A stretch of 64,000 nt of DNA from an uncultured Planctomycetota bacterium (GCA_963719315.1 CAVRBU010000003.1:224001-288000); one strand, 5' to 3'; positions 1 through 12,327 are shown, counted from the stretch's first letter. Translations and numbers: made by a program. The notes: a model not told the origin generated them from the sequence alone.

Positions 1-1800
1 ATTCCGCTCCGCGCGGGCCTTGTCGATCCGCTTCGCGAGAGCCTGATGCTCGGCCTGATTTGCATCGAGCAACGATGCCGCCAGATCGAGATCGCCCTTC
101 TCGAGCGCGCAGGTGGCATAATCGCGCTGCGTTTCGATCAGCAGCTTGCGGGCCCGGTGGTTCGCGTCCCACAACGCGAGCGATTCCTGGAACCCGTACA
201 ACGACCGGGCATAAAGCGGGTAGTCGTTCGCCGCACGGGCCTTTTGCAAGTTTTGATTCGCGTGCGCCGAAAGCACCAGGCTTTCAGAGTGCGATTGATA
301 AACGCGAATCGCTTCTTGGAATTCCTTGACCGTCTGGTAGCGGTCGTGCTGCTGTGTGGCCATCGCCTTGAGGGCGATTTCCTTCAACTCGCCGTCGTAG
401 CGAATCGGGTCAATCCGATTCTGCGACGCGCCCATCAGGCACTGCATCACATCGCGGCCCGAGTGGGGCGGCACGCCGCCGATGATCTCGTACAAAATCG
501 CGCCGAGCAGATAAATGTCGCTCGTCTTGTTGATGCTTTCGACGGGGCCTTTCGCCATCTCCGGCGACATGTACGCGGGCGTTCCGCCCAGGCTGTCGGC
601 CTGGTACACAGCATCCACGTGCGCGAACTCCGACGTGATCCGCGCGAGCCCCCAGTCCATCACCAGCACTTCGCCGTAATCGCCCAGCATCACGTTTTCC
701 GGCTTCAAATCGCGGTGAATCACGCCGCCCGCGTGCGCGAACGCCACGGCGTCGGCTACGCGCAAGAGAATGCTCAGGTTCTCGTCGAGCTGCTTTTGGT
801 GAATCGCCTTGTCCCAGGGCGTGCCGCGAACGCGCTTCATCGAGTAGAACAGCGCGCCTTCGTCGTTCGAGCCCAAGTCGTAAATCGGCACGATATTCGG
901 GTGGTCGAGTTCGCCCGTTACGACCGCTTCGGAAATGAACTTGTCGCGCTGCTCCTCGCGGATCTTGGCCGACGGCTTGAGCATCTTCACCGCGACCGTG
1001 CGGGCGATCGACGATTGATGGGCCGCGTAAACCACGCCCATACCCCCCTCGCCGATGATGTCTAGCAACTCGTAATCCGGAACTTCGGCCAGGCTCTTCG
1101 GTGGCTCGGAACCCGCTTTTCGCTTCTCGCGCACGTACCGCGACTTCACGGGCAGCGATGATCGAAAGCCCGTGATCGTTTCGCGTTGGCGAATCGTTTG
1201 ACCCTGCTTAGTGTCGACATCGATCGTTCCCCGCCATTGCGAGTCGAATTGCTTAGCGTCTTCCGGCGACATGCCGAGGTCGATCGTTTTGTCGCTCTCC
1301 AGCGAATGCGTCGAATGTCGCTTCCGCTCCAACGGCGGAGCGGCGGGTGGGGGCGCTTGAAATTCCATCGTCAGATCCGAGTGATCGGGGAGCGTCGGCG
1401 TTTTAGGACGCTCGCTCGAATCAGGCTCCGACGACGAGAGCGATTCAAAATCCATCGTCATGTCGGAGCGTTCGGGCAGGGTGGGTTTGTTGGGCTGTTC
1501 TGCCGTAGCGTCCTCGGCCGAATGCTCCGCGGAGGGATGGTCTTTCTTGTAGCCGCTAAGGTCGAAGAAGTCGCTCAGTTCGATCGTCGCGCCGCCCTGG
1601 CTCGTATCTGTCAGCTCCAGATCGACCGACTCATCCTGGATTAATTCGACCGACTTGAGTTGGCCACCCTCGTCTCGCATCCGCGCGTCATCGATGGTCC
1701 TTTGCGCCAATTTGCGCAGCACGGCTCCGCAGTGCGGGCATGTGCCCGACACGATGGCTTTCTGATCGAGTTCGCGTTGGCAAGCGTTGCAGATTCGCAT
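1..1800 (-). CDS. Hanks-type Ser/Thr protein kinase with N-terminal Zn-ribbon (runs off window at its 3' end)
   Basis: Manual translation of the minus strand from ATG at 1800: MRICNACQ..CPHCG, then IGEGGMGVVY, VAVKML, HRDLKPEN, DWGLA, GTPAYMSPE. Not in the ORF track because there is no stop inside the window. Confidence 0.93.
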   Translation of the reverse strand, partial: MRICNACQRELDQKAIVSGTCPHCGAVLRKLAQRTIDDARMRDEGGQLKSVELIQDESVDLELTDTSQGGATIELSDFFDLSGYKKDHPSAEHSAEDATAEQPNKPTLPERSDMTMDFESLSSSEPDSSERPKTPTLPDHSDLTMEFQAPPPAAPPLERKRHSTHSLESDKTIDLGMSPEDAKQFDSQWRGTIDVDTKQGQTIRQRETITGFRSSLPVKSRYVREKRKAGSEPPKSLAEVPDYELLDIIGEGGMGVVYAAHQSSIARTVAVKMLKPSAKIREEQRDKFISEAVVTGELDHPNIVPIYDLGSNDEGALFYSMKRVRGTPWDKAIHQKQLDENLSILLRVADAVAFAHAGGVIHRDLKPENVMLGDYGEVLVMDWGLARITSEFAHVDAVYQADSLGGTPAYMSPEMAKGPVESINKTSDIYLLGAILYEIIGGVPPHSGRDVMQCLMGASQNRIDPIRYDGELKEIALKAMATQQHDRYQTVKEFQEAIRVYQSHSESLVLSAHANQNLQKARAANDYPLYARSLYGFQESLALWDANHRARKLLIETQRDYATCALEKGDLDLAASLLDANQAEHQALAKRIDKARAERN

Positions 1801-2008
1801 AGTTCAAAAAGGCCGCGACGGGCCGAACCGACCCGCGTGAAGCCAAGCACCTATTCTAATCAATCTGCCTGAAAAGCTGCAGTAAGGGCCGCAAAGAAGC
1901 ACAAAAACACGCAAAAAAAGGGAAGTTGTGGGGGTGTGCACTGCCACCGCCTTTTGCAAAATCCTTGGTGGGCAATGCCCACCCTACTTTGGTCCCATTT
2001 CGCGGTGA

Positions 2009-5000
2009 TCATTGAACTACCCGCCGTCGCCCGGCTCGACGCAATCGTTTCCACGCCCGCTCGTCCGCCCGATCAAACGCCGCATTCACCTCGCGCGACC
2101 AACTGCCGCGCTGGGCCACAAGGCCCAACCCGGCTAGCGGCGCCGCCCAACGCAGCCGCGAAGAACTCGGTCCTTCGGCGGCAACCGCGGACTGCCGTTC
2201 GAAAGCCGCCGGTTGAATGGCGTCCGTCGAGACTTGTTCCAGCGGCACGATCGACTCGTTCATCGCCGCCGGCTGATTCAGGCCCGGCACGCGCTGAAGC
2301 TGCGGATTGTTCTCCAGCGGTTGCACCTGGTTTTGCTCGCCGCCTTCGATCGGTGGCCGATCGCGCGTCCCTTCCGAATCGTCCGACGGATCAACCACGC
2401 GCCTGCGCCGCACATACACGTCGAGAACCAGCCGTGGCGAATTGTTGTCGGTGCGGATCAGGTAGATCTTGTAATGGTTGTCTGGCAGCGTCGCGATAAG
2501 CCCACGGAGATCGGTGAGCGCTTCGTCATCCAAACGGTACTTCGCTACTACTTTGCCCTCCGGCGAGATTACGTCGAGCTCCAAATAGCGATCGGACGTT
2601 GGCGCCAACTCGCTGCGGGCAACGCGGATATTCGGCGTCTGCAAGCTTTGGGGCGTCGTCGTATTCTGATCCAGTAACACCTGCACCATATCAGGCGCGA
2701 CATACTCCAGCCGAGGCACGTCCGGCGTAGTGTCGATCGCCACATTCACTACGTCGATCCCTGGGTTTCCGATCGCGATCGAACCGCTGACGCTGCCGCC
2801 GTTGTCGTCGATCAGCGTGACCGTAATCGGAATGTCGGCCGTCGGATGGAGTGGATCGGGCGGGCCCAGATAACGGTGCTCGACTTCGAACGAGCCCGTC
2901 GTCATCACGCCTTCGCCGCCGCTCGTGCGGGCCGACGATAGGACCATCGATTGCGAGTTCACGACGAACGGGCTGCCGGGCGCGACCTGCGTCACCATGA
3001 TCGTGTCGATCGTTCCATCGCCCCAATTAACGACATACGTGAACGATTCTTGAAACTGGTCACCATTCGGCGGCGGCGTTGGATTGGCTGGATTGTCGAA
3101 GCCCAAGTCGCTAAACGCGAAACGAATTCGCGTGATGCCCTGGGTATTCACATCGTCTCCGTTAAGCGGCGTCACGACCACCGGATTGGTGTTGTGTACC
3201 GACACGATGAACGTTCGTGAATCGACGCCGTCGTCGTCGTCGTGAATCTTTACAGTCACCGTGTAATTGCCGTCGTCCGCGTAGATGTGGCTTTCGCCGA
3301 ACGAGCCTTCGGACGGCACGCCCACGCCGCCTGGCGTCGCGTTGACGATTACGTTCGCCACGGTGTGACGACCGTCGCCCCAGTCGATATCGTACGTGAA
3401 TGTCTCGGCCACCTCGCCGCCATTCGGCGGAGTGTTGTCGTTCGCCGGATTGTCAAAACCGGGATCGCTGAACGACACCGTGAAATTGACCGACCCGTTT
3501 TCATTGATGTTGGCGGCCGAAGGCGCCGGCATCGCCAGCGTCGGCGCAACATTCGTCACCGTGATCGTGAATTGGAGATCGATGTAATCGACGCCGTTCG
3601 TGCCCGACGTGAAGTTGCCGCTCATATTGTCGTCGGCCACGCGAATGCGAACGGTATACACGCCGTTGTCCGCATATGTATGAGGCGCGTGGTCGAAGAG
3701 CGCCGTCGTCGGCACGCCGGGGCTGCCGCTGGTCCTCATCACGATGCTCACCGGCGTATCGGCCGTGCCATCGCCCCAATCGATCGTATAGCCGGTGAAT
3801 GTTTCGTGGAGCGGGTCAGTAATTCCCGGCGGCATCGCCGGGTTGGGATTCGCCAAGTTATCAAAGCCGGGGTCGGCGAGGCCAACGCCCATGTTCGGCA
3901 GCGGCCCCCCCAGATTCGACAGTACGAACGCCGTCCCTTCGGCCACCGTGTTGGCCGGGGACGTGTCGGTGAGCGAAGGCGCCACATTCCCGACCGTGAC
4001 GAAGAAGGAGCTAGTGCCGACGCCGCCGTTGTCGTCGTGGACGGTGACGGTGACCTGGTACTTGCCGTCATCGGCATAGGTATGGCTGCCGGCGATCGTG
4101 CCGCTGGAAGGAGTTCCCGGTCCGCCGTTCAGATCGGCGATGCTCATGCCGGTGATGGCGTCCCGGCCATCACCCCAATCGATGTCGTAGGTGAACGACT
4201 CGGCCAGCGGATCGCCCACCGCCGGCGGCAGGAAGGGATTGGTGTTGAGCGGGTTATCGAAGCCGGCATCGGTGAACGTGGCCAGGTTGGCGAACGAAAC
4301 CGTGTCGCCCTCGAGAATGTTCTGATTGCCGTGGGGCGTCAGCACCACGGGGTTCTGGGTCCCGACCGTGACGAAGAAGGAGCTAGTGCCGACGCCGCCG
4401 TTGTCGTCGTGGACGGTGACGGTGACCTGGTACTTGCCGTCATCGGCATAGGTATGGCTGCCGGCGATCGTGCCGCTGGAAGGAGTTCCCGGTCCGCCGT
4501 TCAGATCGGCGATGCTCATGCCGGTGATGGCGTCCCGGCCATCACCCCAATCGATGTCGTAGGTGAACGACTCGGCCAGCGGATCGCCCACCGCCGGCGG
4601 CAGGAAGGGATTGGTGTTGAGCGGGTTATCGAAGCCGGCATCGGTGAACGTGGCCAGGTTGGCGAACGAAACCGTGTCGCCCTCGAGAATGTTCTGATTG
4701 CCGTGGGGCGTCAGCACCACGGGGTTCTGGGTCCCGACCGTGACGAAGAAGGAGCTAGTGCCGACGCCGCCGTTGTCGTCGTGGACGGTGACGGTGACCT
4801 GGTACTTGCCGTCATCGGCATAGGTATGGCTGCCGGCGATCGTGCCGCTGGAAGGAGTTCCCGGTCCGCCGTTCAGATCGGCGATGCTCATGCCGGTGAT
4901 GGCGTCCCGGCCATCACCCCAATCGATGTCGTAGGTGAACGACTCGGCCAGCGGATCGCCCACCGCCGGCGGCAGGAAGGGATTGGTGTTGAGCGGGTTA

Positions 5001-8000
5001 TCGAAGCCGGCATCGGTGAACGTGGCCAGGTTGGCGAACGAAACCGTGTCGCCCTCGAGAATGTTCTGATTGCCGTGGGGCGTCAGCACCACGGGGTTCT
5101 GGGTCCCGACCGTGACGAAGAAGGAGCTAGTGCCGACGCCGCCGTTGTCGTCGTGGACGGTGACGGTGACCTGGTACTTGCCGTCATCGGCATAGGTATG
5201 GCTGCCGGCGATCGTGCCGCTGGAAGGAGTTCCCGGTCCGCCGTTCAGATCGGCGATGCTCATGCCGGTGATGGCGTCCCGGCCATCACCCCAATCGATG
5301 TCGTAGGTGAACGACTCGGCCAGCGGATCGCCCACCGCCGGCGGCAGGAAGGGATTGGTGTTGAGCGGGTTATCGAAGCCGGCATCGGTGAACGTGGCCA
5401 GGTTGGCGAACGAAACCGTGTCGCCCTCGAGAATGTTCTGATTGCCGTGGGGCGTCAGCACCACGGGGTTCTGGGTCCCGACCGTGACGAAGAAGGAGCT
5501 AGTGCCGACGCCGCCGTTGTCGTCGTGGACGGTGACGGTGACCTGGTACTTGCCGTCATCGGCATAGGTATGGCTGCCGGCGATCGTGCCGCTGGAAGGA
5601 GTTCCCGGTCCGCCGTTCAGATCGGCGATGCTCATGCCGGTGATGGCGTCCCGGCCATCACCCCAATCGATGTCGTAGGTGAACGACTCGGCCAGCGGAT
5701 CGCCCACCGCCGGCGGCAGGAAGGGATTGGTGTTGAGCGGGTTATCGAAGCCGGCATCGGTGAACGTGGCCAGGTTGGCGAACGAAACCGTGTCGCCCTC
5801 GAGAATGTTCTGATTGCCGTGGGGCGTCAGCACCACGGGGTTCTGGGTCCCGACCGTGACGAAGAAGGAGCTAGTGCCGACGCCGCCGTTGTCGTCGTGG
5901 ACGGTGACGGTGACCTGGTACTTGCCGTCATCGGCATAGGTATGGCTGCCGGCGATCGTGCCGCTGGAAGGAGTTCCCGGTCCGCCGTTCAGATCGGCGA
6001 TGCTCATGCCGGTGATGGCGTCCCGGCCATCACCCCAATCGATGTCGTAGGTGAACGACTCGGCCAGCGGATCGCCCACCGCCGGCGGCAGGAAGGGATT
6101 GGTGTTGAGCGGGTTATCGAAGCCGGCATCGGTGAACGTGGCCAGGTTGGCGAACGAAACCGTGTCGCCCTCGAGAATGTTCTGATTGCCGTGGGGCGTC
6201 AGCACCACGGGGTTCTGGGTCCCGACCGTGACGAAGAAGGAGCTAGTGCCGACGCCGCCGTTGTCGTCGTGGACGGTGACGGTGACCTGGTACTTGCCGT
6301 CATCGGCATAGGTATGGCTGCCGGCGATCGTGCCGCTGGAAGGAGTTCCCGGTCCGCCGTTCAGATCGGCGATGCTCATGCCGGTGATGGCGTCCCGGCC
6401 ATCACCCCAATCGATGTCGTAGGTGAACGACTCGGCCAGCGGATCGCCCACCGCCGGCGGCAGGAAGGGATTGGTGTTGAGCGGGTTATCGAAGCCGGCA
6501 TCGGTGAACGTGGCCAGGTTGGCGAACGAAACCGTGTCGCCCTCGAGAATGTTCTGATTGCCGTGGGGCGTCAGCACCACGGGGTTCTGGGTCCCGACCG
6601 TGACGAAGAAGGAATCCGTATCGCTCTCACCGTCTTTATCCGTGACGGTTACCGTGACCTTGTATAGACCGTCATCGGCGTACACGTGCATGCCACCCAG
6701 CGCACCGGCGCCCATACCGGCGAAAACCGTGGCGTTGTCGATTGCCCTGCCGTCGCCCCAATCAATGGTGGCCGTGTGCGTGTCGAGCGTCCCGGGATCG
6801 ACGAACAGCCCGATCGGTGGCGCACTACCGAGCCCGCTCAGGTCAAGCAAGTTGCCTTCGAGCACGTTCTGCATCGTCGCCACAACGAGCGCCGGCGGCA
6901 CGTTCTTGACCGTCACCGGCGCCACGTACGGTCCGGTCGAATCCATCTCGTCGTCGCTCACCACGAGCGAAACATCGTACGTATCCGTGGGCGCGTTCGT
7001 GGGCCCGTCATCCAGATACTGATGGCTCAACTGCAACTTGCGATTCGCCGCCATCCATTGATACGTCGTGTCGCCGACCGTCCCGGATGCGTTCGCTGAG
7101 CCTAAGCTGCCGATTGTGGCCGTCGAGCCGTCGAGCCAATCGACATGGACTGTGAACACATCGTTTGTGCTGGGGTCGACGATCTTCGCGCTAATTGTCG
7201 CTACTTGGTTTTCGTTGATCGTGTCACCCGTTATGTTCGTAAGCGTTGGGGCCGCATTGTTCACATGGATCGTCGTCGTGTAATCCGTGAATTGCCCGTC
7301 CTTGTCGATAATCCGCGCCTTGACCGTGTAATCGCTGGGTCCTTCGAACAGCAAACTGCCCGATATGCTTTGGCTGGTGTTCGTCCCCGAGCCCCCGTAC
7401 GTGCCGTCTCCCACGTCGAAAGTGCCGTCGTTGTTGATGTCGTACGCGTAGTGGAAGCCGGCCGTCGTGTCGGCGCTGCTCGGATCGAATTGATTGGTAA
7501 ACGTGACCGTTGCAGATGAGCCTTCGAAAACCGGACCGCTGTTGCCAAGTGTTGCGGTCGGATCGACTGGATCGACGAACACGTCAAATGAATCCGAGTC
7601 CATGCCGCCGTTGTTGTCCATCACCTCGATCGTGACCGTGTACGTTCCCTGGTCGGCATAAACGTGCGTCCCGCCCAACGCGCCGGAACCCACGCCAGCG
7701 AAAACGGTCGCGTTTTCCGTCGGGCTGCCATCGCCCCAGTTGACGGTCGCCGTGTGCGTATCACCCAAATCGGTATCGATGTACAACGCTAGCGGCGGCG
7801 CGCCGCCCAAACCGCTAAGGTCCAGCAATTGGCCTTCATTCACGTTCTGGTCTAGTTGCGTAATGAGGAGCGGCGGCACATTCGCCGCGGCTCCTTGCAT
7901 TAATTCGGCGCTATTAGCAGATTGCGACTCCGTGCCCGGCGGCGGCGTCCAATTGAACGTGAGCGGCGGCTGTGTGGTTGTGTCGGTCGTCGCTGCCGGC

Positions 8001-8183
8001 GGCGGTGCGGGCGCATCGCTCGAACGTCACCGCGCTCACCACCACGGTTTGAGCAGCCCCATCCAATACCCGGCGGCGTTCCAGTTGCCTCACGCGGAGC
8101 GACGCCACCTTCTTCGATCGCCGGCCTGAACGACCGGCTCGACCACGCAACAATTGCGATCCGGTGAACCACGAAAGGCGCAT
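2009..8183 (-). CDS. Giant secreted PKD/Ig-like repeat surface protein (putative adhesin); one frameshift near 8020
   Basis: ORF 2009..7900 has many IDWGDG...HTYADDGxYxVTVTVxD PKD units. An upstream frame from ATG 8183 gives MRLSWF...RVRQLERRRVLDG, a planctomycete LEPRxLL-like N-terminal motif, and joins the long frame near 8020. Confidence 0.85.
3988..6613. repeat. Tandem repeat, about 7 identical copies of a 372-bp unit (124-aa PKD domain)
   Basis: cgaccgtgacgaagaagga recurs at 3991, 4363, 4735, 5107, 5479, 5851, 6223 and 6595. The translated units are identical. Confidence 0.97.
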
Positions 8184-8332
8184 ATTCGCGAACCCCACAG
8201 GATAAGAGCGGGTTGCTCGTGCCAGTGCCAAGTCCCGGTTTGGCAGGCGGTGACGGCCCAAATCAGCAGAACACCTATTATCACGAGGAAATGCTGAGAA
8301 TGCAAACATTCTGTTGCGTTCTATCTCGTGGC

Positions 8333-9861
8333 GGGTAGGCGTCTCGATTGTTGGTGGGAAATCTGCTCTGCTGAAGGGTCTGTGACAATTGGGGGGTAAT
8401 TCTCGAACTCGAAGACCGGAGAGCAGAGCGATGGCCAAGCAGATCAAGGCGTTGGAACTGGACCTGACAGCGGAAGAGGAAGCGGCGGCGGAGCGGATTT
8501 ACGAGTCGCTCAAGGGCCAGGCCGAACAGCAGTTGAAGAACATGGCGCGGATGATGGCGGCGAAGAAGCCCGAGGAGTTGTTGGGCCGCGGCGAGTTCGA
8601 GTTGCGGGACATGTTGTTCGATTTGGGAGCGAACGTGCTGGAGACCGCCACCAACGAGTGTGTAAAAAAGGGGCGCTTATCAGGGAGCTAGCTTAGCCTG
8701 CTCCTGCGGCGGCAGCGCGAAGTTCATCGACTGGCGAACGAAAGGATTGGTCAGCCTGCTGGGAGACATCCGTTTGACGCGGACCTATTACTACTGCTGC
8801 CAGTGCGGCGCGAGCCAGCAGCCCTGGGACGAGCGGCTGGGCCTCACCCCGCGGCACGTCACGCCCGGCGCGGAGGAACTGGCGTCGCTGGCCGGCACGC
8901 TGAGCAGCTTTGGCTTGGCGGCCGAACGAGCCTTGGTCCGCATGAGTGGCATTCGGTTGGCGGAGTCGACCGTGCTGCGCGTCACGGAAGAAGCGGGCCA
9001 ACGCTTGGGAGCGAAACTCGCGGCCAAGCAAACGTTTGGCCCCCAGGAAGACTGGCTTTGGCAACGGGATGCCGAGGGTCGGCGCTGCGCCTACCTGGCC
9101 GTCGATCACACGGGGGTGCCGCAGCAGGCCATCGGCGGTGGCCCGGCGGAGTCGCGGATGGCCGCGGTGGCGATGGTCTTCAATGCGCGTTCGCCGTTCG
9201 AGGAACAACCAGCCCAAGATCCACACCAAGTGCGGTATTTGGCCGGTTTTCATGATTTAGACGATTTGGGGCTGCAATGGCGCCGGCAGGCCGCGCAGGT
9301 CGGCTGGGACCACGCCGAGCAACAGATCGCGCTGACCGACGGCGCTCCTTGCTTGGAGCGTTTCATCGAGAAGAACGCGCCGCTGGCGGTGCGGATCCTC
9401 GACTTTTACCATGCCAGTGAGCACGTGGCCGAATTGGCTCGTGCGCTTCACCCGGGCGATGACGGCGCCTTTGCCAAACGACAACGTGACTGGTGTCACA
9501 AGCTCAAGCACGAAGGAGGAGCACGCTCGTGGCCAGTTGGGAATCGCTCGATCAGAGCGACTGGAACGAGGCCCAGCGGGAGTGCTACCGACAACAAGCA
9601 CAATACGTGCGGAACAACGTCCATCGCATGGACTATCCCACGTACTTGACCCGCGGTTGGATGATCGGCTCCGGTCCGGTGGAAGCCGCGTGCAAGCTGG
9701 TCGTGGGAGGACGGCTCAAAGGCAGCGGGATGCGCTGGCGAGAGCCCGGCAGCGACAGCGTCTGCCACCTCCGCGCCCTGTTCCTCGGCCAGCCCGGACA
9801 GTGGGAAGGCTTCTGGTATCAGACTGCCGTCTAATACCACCAACAAAAAAGACGCCCACCC
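8333..9861 (+). mobile_element. ISKra4-family-like IS, copy 1 (1-bp deletion near 9524 relative to copy 2)
   Basis: Imperfect 25-bp IRs: GGGTAGGCGTCTCGATTGTTGGTGG and revcomp GGGTGGGCGTCTTTTTTGTTGGTGG. orfA starts at 8431; orfB has LDFYHA and IGSGPVEAACK...LKGSGMRW motifs. Flanked on both sides by TCTCGTGGC. Confidence 0.88.
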
Positions 9862-9968
9862 TCTCGTGGCGGGTAGGCGTCTCGATTGTTGGTGGGAAAT
9901 CTGCTCTGCTGAAGGGTCTGTGACAATTGGGGGGTAATTCTCGAACTCGAAGACCGGAGAGCAGAGCG

Positions 9969-11373
9969 ATGGCCAAGCAGATCAAGGCGTTGGAACTGGA
10001 CCTGACAGCGGAAGAGGAAGCGGCGGCGGAGCGGATTTACGAGTCGCTCAAGGGCCAGGCCGAACAGCAGTTGAAGAACATGGCGCGGATGATGGCGGCG
10101 AAGAAGCCCGAGGAGTTGTTGGGCCGCGGCGAGTTCGAGTTGCGGGACATGTTGTTCGATTTGGGAGCGAACGTGCTGGAGACCGCCACCAACGAGTGTG
10201 TAAAAAAGGGGCGCTTATCAGGGAGCTAGCTTAGCCTGCTCCTGCGGCGGCAGCGCGAAGTTCATCGACTGGCGAACGAAAGGATTGGTCAGCCTGCTGG
10301 GAGACATCCGTTTGACGCGGACCTATTACTACTGCTGCCAGTGCGGCGCGAGCCAGCAGCCCTGGGACGAGCGGCTGGGCCTCACCCCGCGGCACGTCAC
10401 GCCCGGCGCGGAGGAACTGGCGTCGCTGGCCGGCACGCTGAGCAGCTTTGGCTTGGCGGCCGAACGAGCCTTGGTCCGCATGAGTGGCATTCGGTTGGCG
10501 GAGTCGACCGTGCTGCGCGTCACGGAAGAAGCGGGCCAACGCTTGGGAGCGAAACTCGCGGCCAAGCAAACGTTTGGCCCCCAGGAAGACTGGCTTTGGC
10601 AACGGGATGCCGAGGGTCGGCACTGCGCCTACCTGGCCGTCGATCACACGGGGGTGCCGCAGCAGGCCATCGGCGGTGGCCCGGCGGAGTCGCGGATGGC
10701 CGCGGTGGCGATGGTCTTCAATGCGCGTTCGCCGTTCGAGGAACAACCAGCCCAAGATCCACACCAAGTGCGGTATTTGGCCGGTTTTCATGATTTAGAC
10801 GATTTGGGGCTGCAATGGCGCCGGCAGGCCGCGCAGGTCGGCTGGGACCACGCCGAGCAACAGATCGCGCTGACCGACGGCGCTCCTTGCTTGGAGCGTT
10901 TCATCGAGAAGAACGCGCCGCTGGCGGTGCGGATCCTCGACTTTTACCATGCCAGTGAGCACGTGGCCGAATTGGCTCGTGCGCTTCACCCGGGCGATGA
11001 CGGCGCCTTTGCCAAACGACAACGTGACTGGTGTCACAAGCTCAAGCACGAAGGAGGAGCAGCGCTCGTGGCCAGTTGGGAATCGCTCGATCAGAGCGAC
11101 TGGAACGAGGCCCAGCGGGAGTGCTACCGACAACAAGCACAATACGTGCGGAACAACGTCCATCGCATGGACTATCCCACGTACTTGACCCGCGGTTGGA
11201 TGATCGGCTCCGGTCCGGTGGAAGCCGCGTGCAAGCTGGTCGTGGGAGGACGGCTCAAAGGCAGCGGGATGCGCTGGCGAGAGCCCGGCAGCGACAGCGT
11301 CTGCCACCTCCGCGCCCTGTTCCTCGGCCAGCCCGGACAGTGGGAAGGCTTCTGGTATCAGACTGCCGTCTAA
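9969..11373 (+). CDS. ISKra4-like transposase (orfA 9969-10229 plus orfB, joined by a probable programmed frameshift at AAAAAAGGGG 10202-10211)
   Basis: orfA ends ..CVKKG; the +1 frame continues GAYQGASLACSCGGSAKFIDWRTKGLVSLLG into the DDE-type ORF. The same arrangement is present in both copies. Confidence 0.8.
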
Positions 11374-11399
11374 TACCACCAACAAAAAAGACGCCCACC

Positions 11400-12327
11400 T
11401 GCTCAGTAGAAAACCTAGGTGTTGTCTGAGAATCGAGATGTTGTGAGTGAGTGTTTTGAGGAGCAGGAGTCGGCAGCGGCGCCAGTGGGTGCGGGCGTTG
11501 ACGACTTCTCCCGAGAGACGTTTGATCATCGAGTAGACGGTTTCCACCTGCCAACGTTGTCCATAACGACTTTCGTGCAAATGACGTTTCATCTGCTTTC
11601 GATAGCGGCCCACGGGTTCCCCGGCCGGCGGTCGGCCGTGCTCGGCGGGGATCAGGGACTGAATCCCCAGTTCGTCGCGGGCCAACACGTGGTTGGCTTC
11701 GCTGTCGAAGCCGGCGTCCGCCGCGACCGCCTTCACTCCGGTGCGAGCCTGCGCTTCGACGACGAGCGGGCGGAAATCGCCGAAGTCGGGCCGCGGTCCC
11801 TGGCTAGCCCGGGCCGCCAGGCAGAAATGACTCGTCGTGTCGCAGACCACGCCCAGCTTGGGGTAGCGGCGATAGGAGACGGCGCACGTTCGTCCGTGTT
11901 TTCCCACCTTTTTTCGACGCCAGGCATAGTAGCGACTGGTGTGCCGCGCTTCGAAGCCGCTGGTGTCGATGGCTGCCAATCGCACGGAGCGGCGGAGCAG
12001 CTTGGCCTTCCGTGCCCGCTGGACCGTGGCCGTGATCAGCCGTTGAAACGACTTCTTCACCAACAACCGATCGGCCGACTTTTGCAGCGTCGTGAAGTGG
12101 GGCACCTTTTCCAGGCCGATCGCTTCGCACAGCGAATCGCTGTCCGCCAACAGGCCAACGGTGCCCCGATAGGTCAGGTTGTAAAAATCCTTGAGCACCA
12201 GACAGGCAAACAGTTGATGCTGCGTGAAGACCCGTGGGCTGAACCGATGCGAGTACCGCGGCAGCGAAGCCTGGGCCACGGCCAGTGCCTCGACCAACAC
12301 GCGCTTCGGACTCTTGCTCGTCTTCAT
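11400..12327 (-). CDS. DDE transposase (IS5-family-like); no stop inside the element, ORF reads on to 10795
   Basis: Motifs AIDTSGF, AADAGFDS, YGQRWQVETVYSMIKR (YREK-like) and PHFTTLQK. Confidence 0.88.

Noticed and set aside
46..1065. 339-aa plus-strand ORF
   Set aside because: Antisense shadow of the minus-strand kinase, which has all catalytic motifs.
3988..6613. Possible CRISPR array or DGR template
   Set aside because: Units are contiguous 372-bp coding repeats with no spacers or adenine-specific variation. No cas or reverse transcriptase gene is in the window.
3242..6667. 1141-aa plus-strand repetitive ORF
   Set aside because: Antisense shadow of the PKD repeat; open only because of GC-rich codon bias and perfect repetition.
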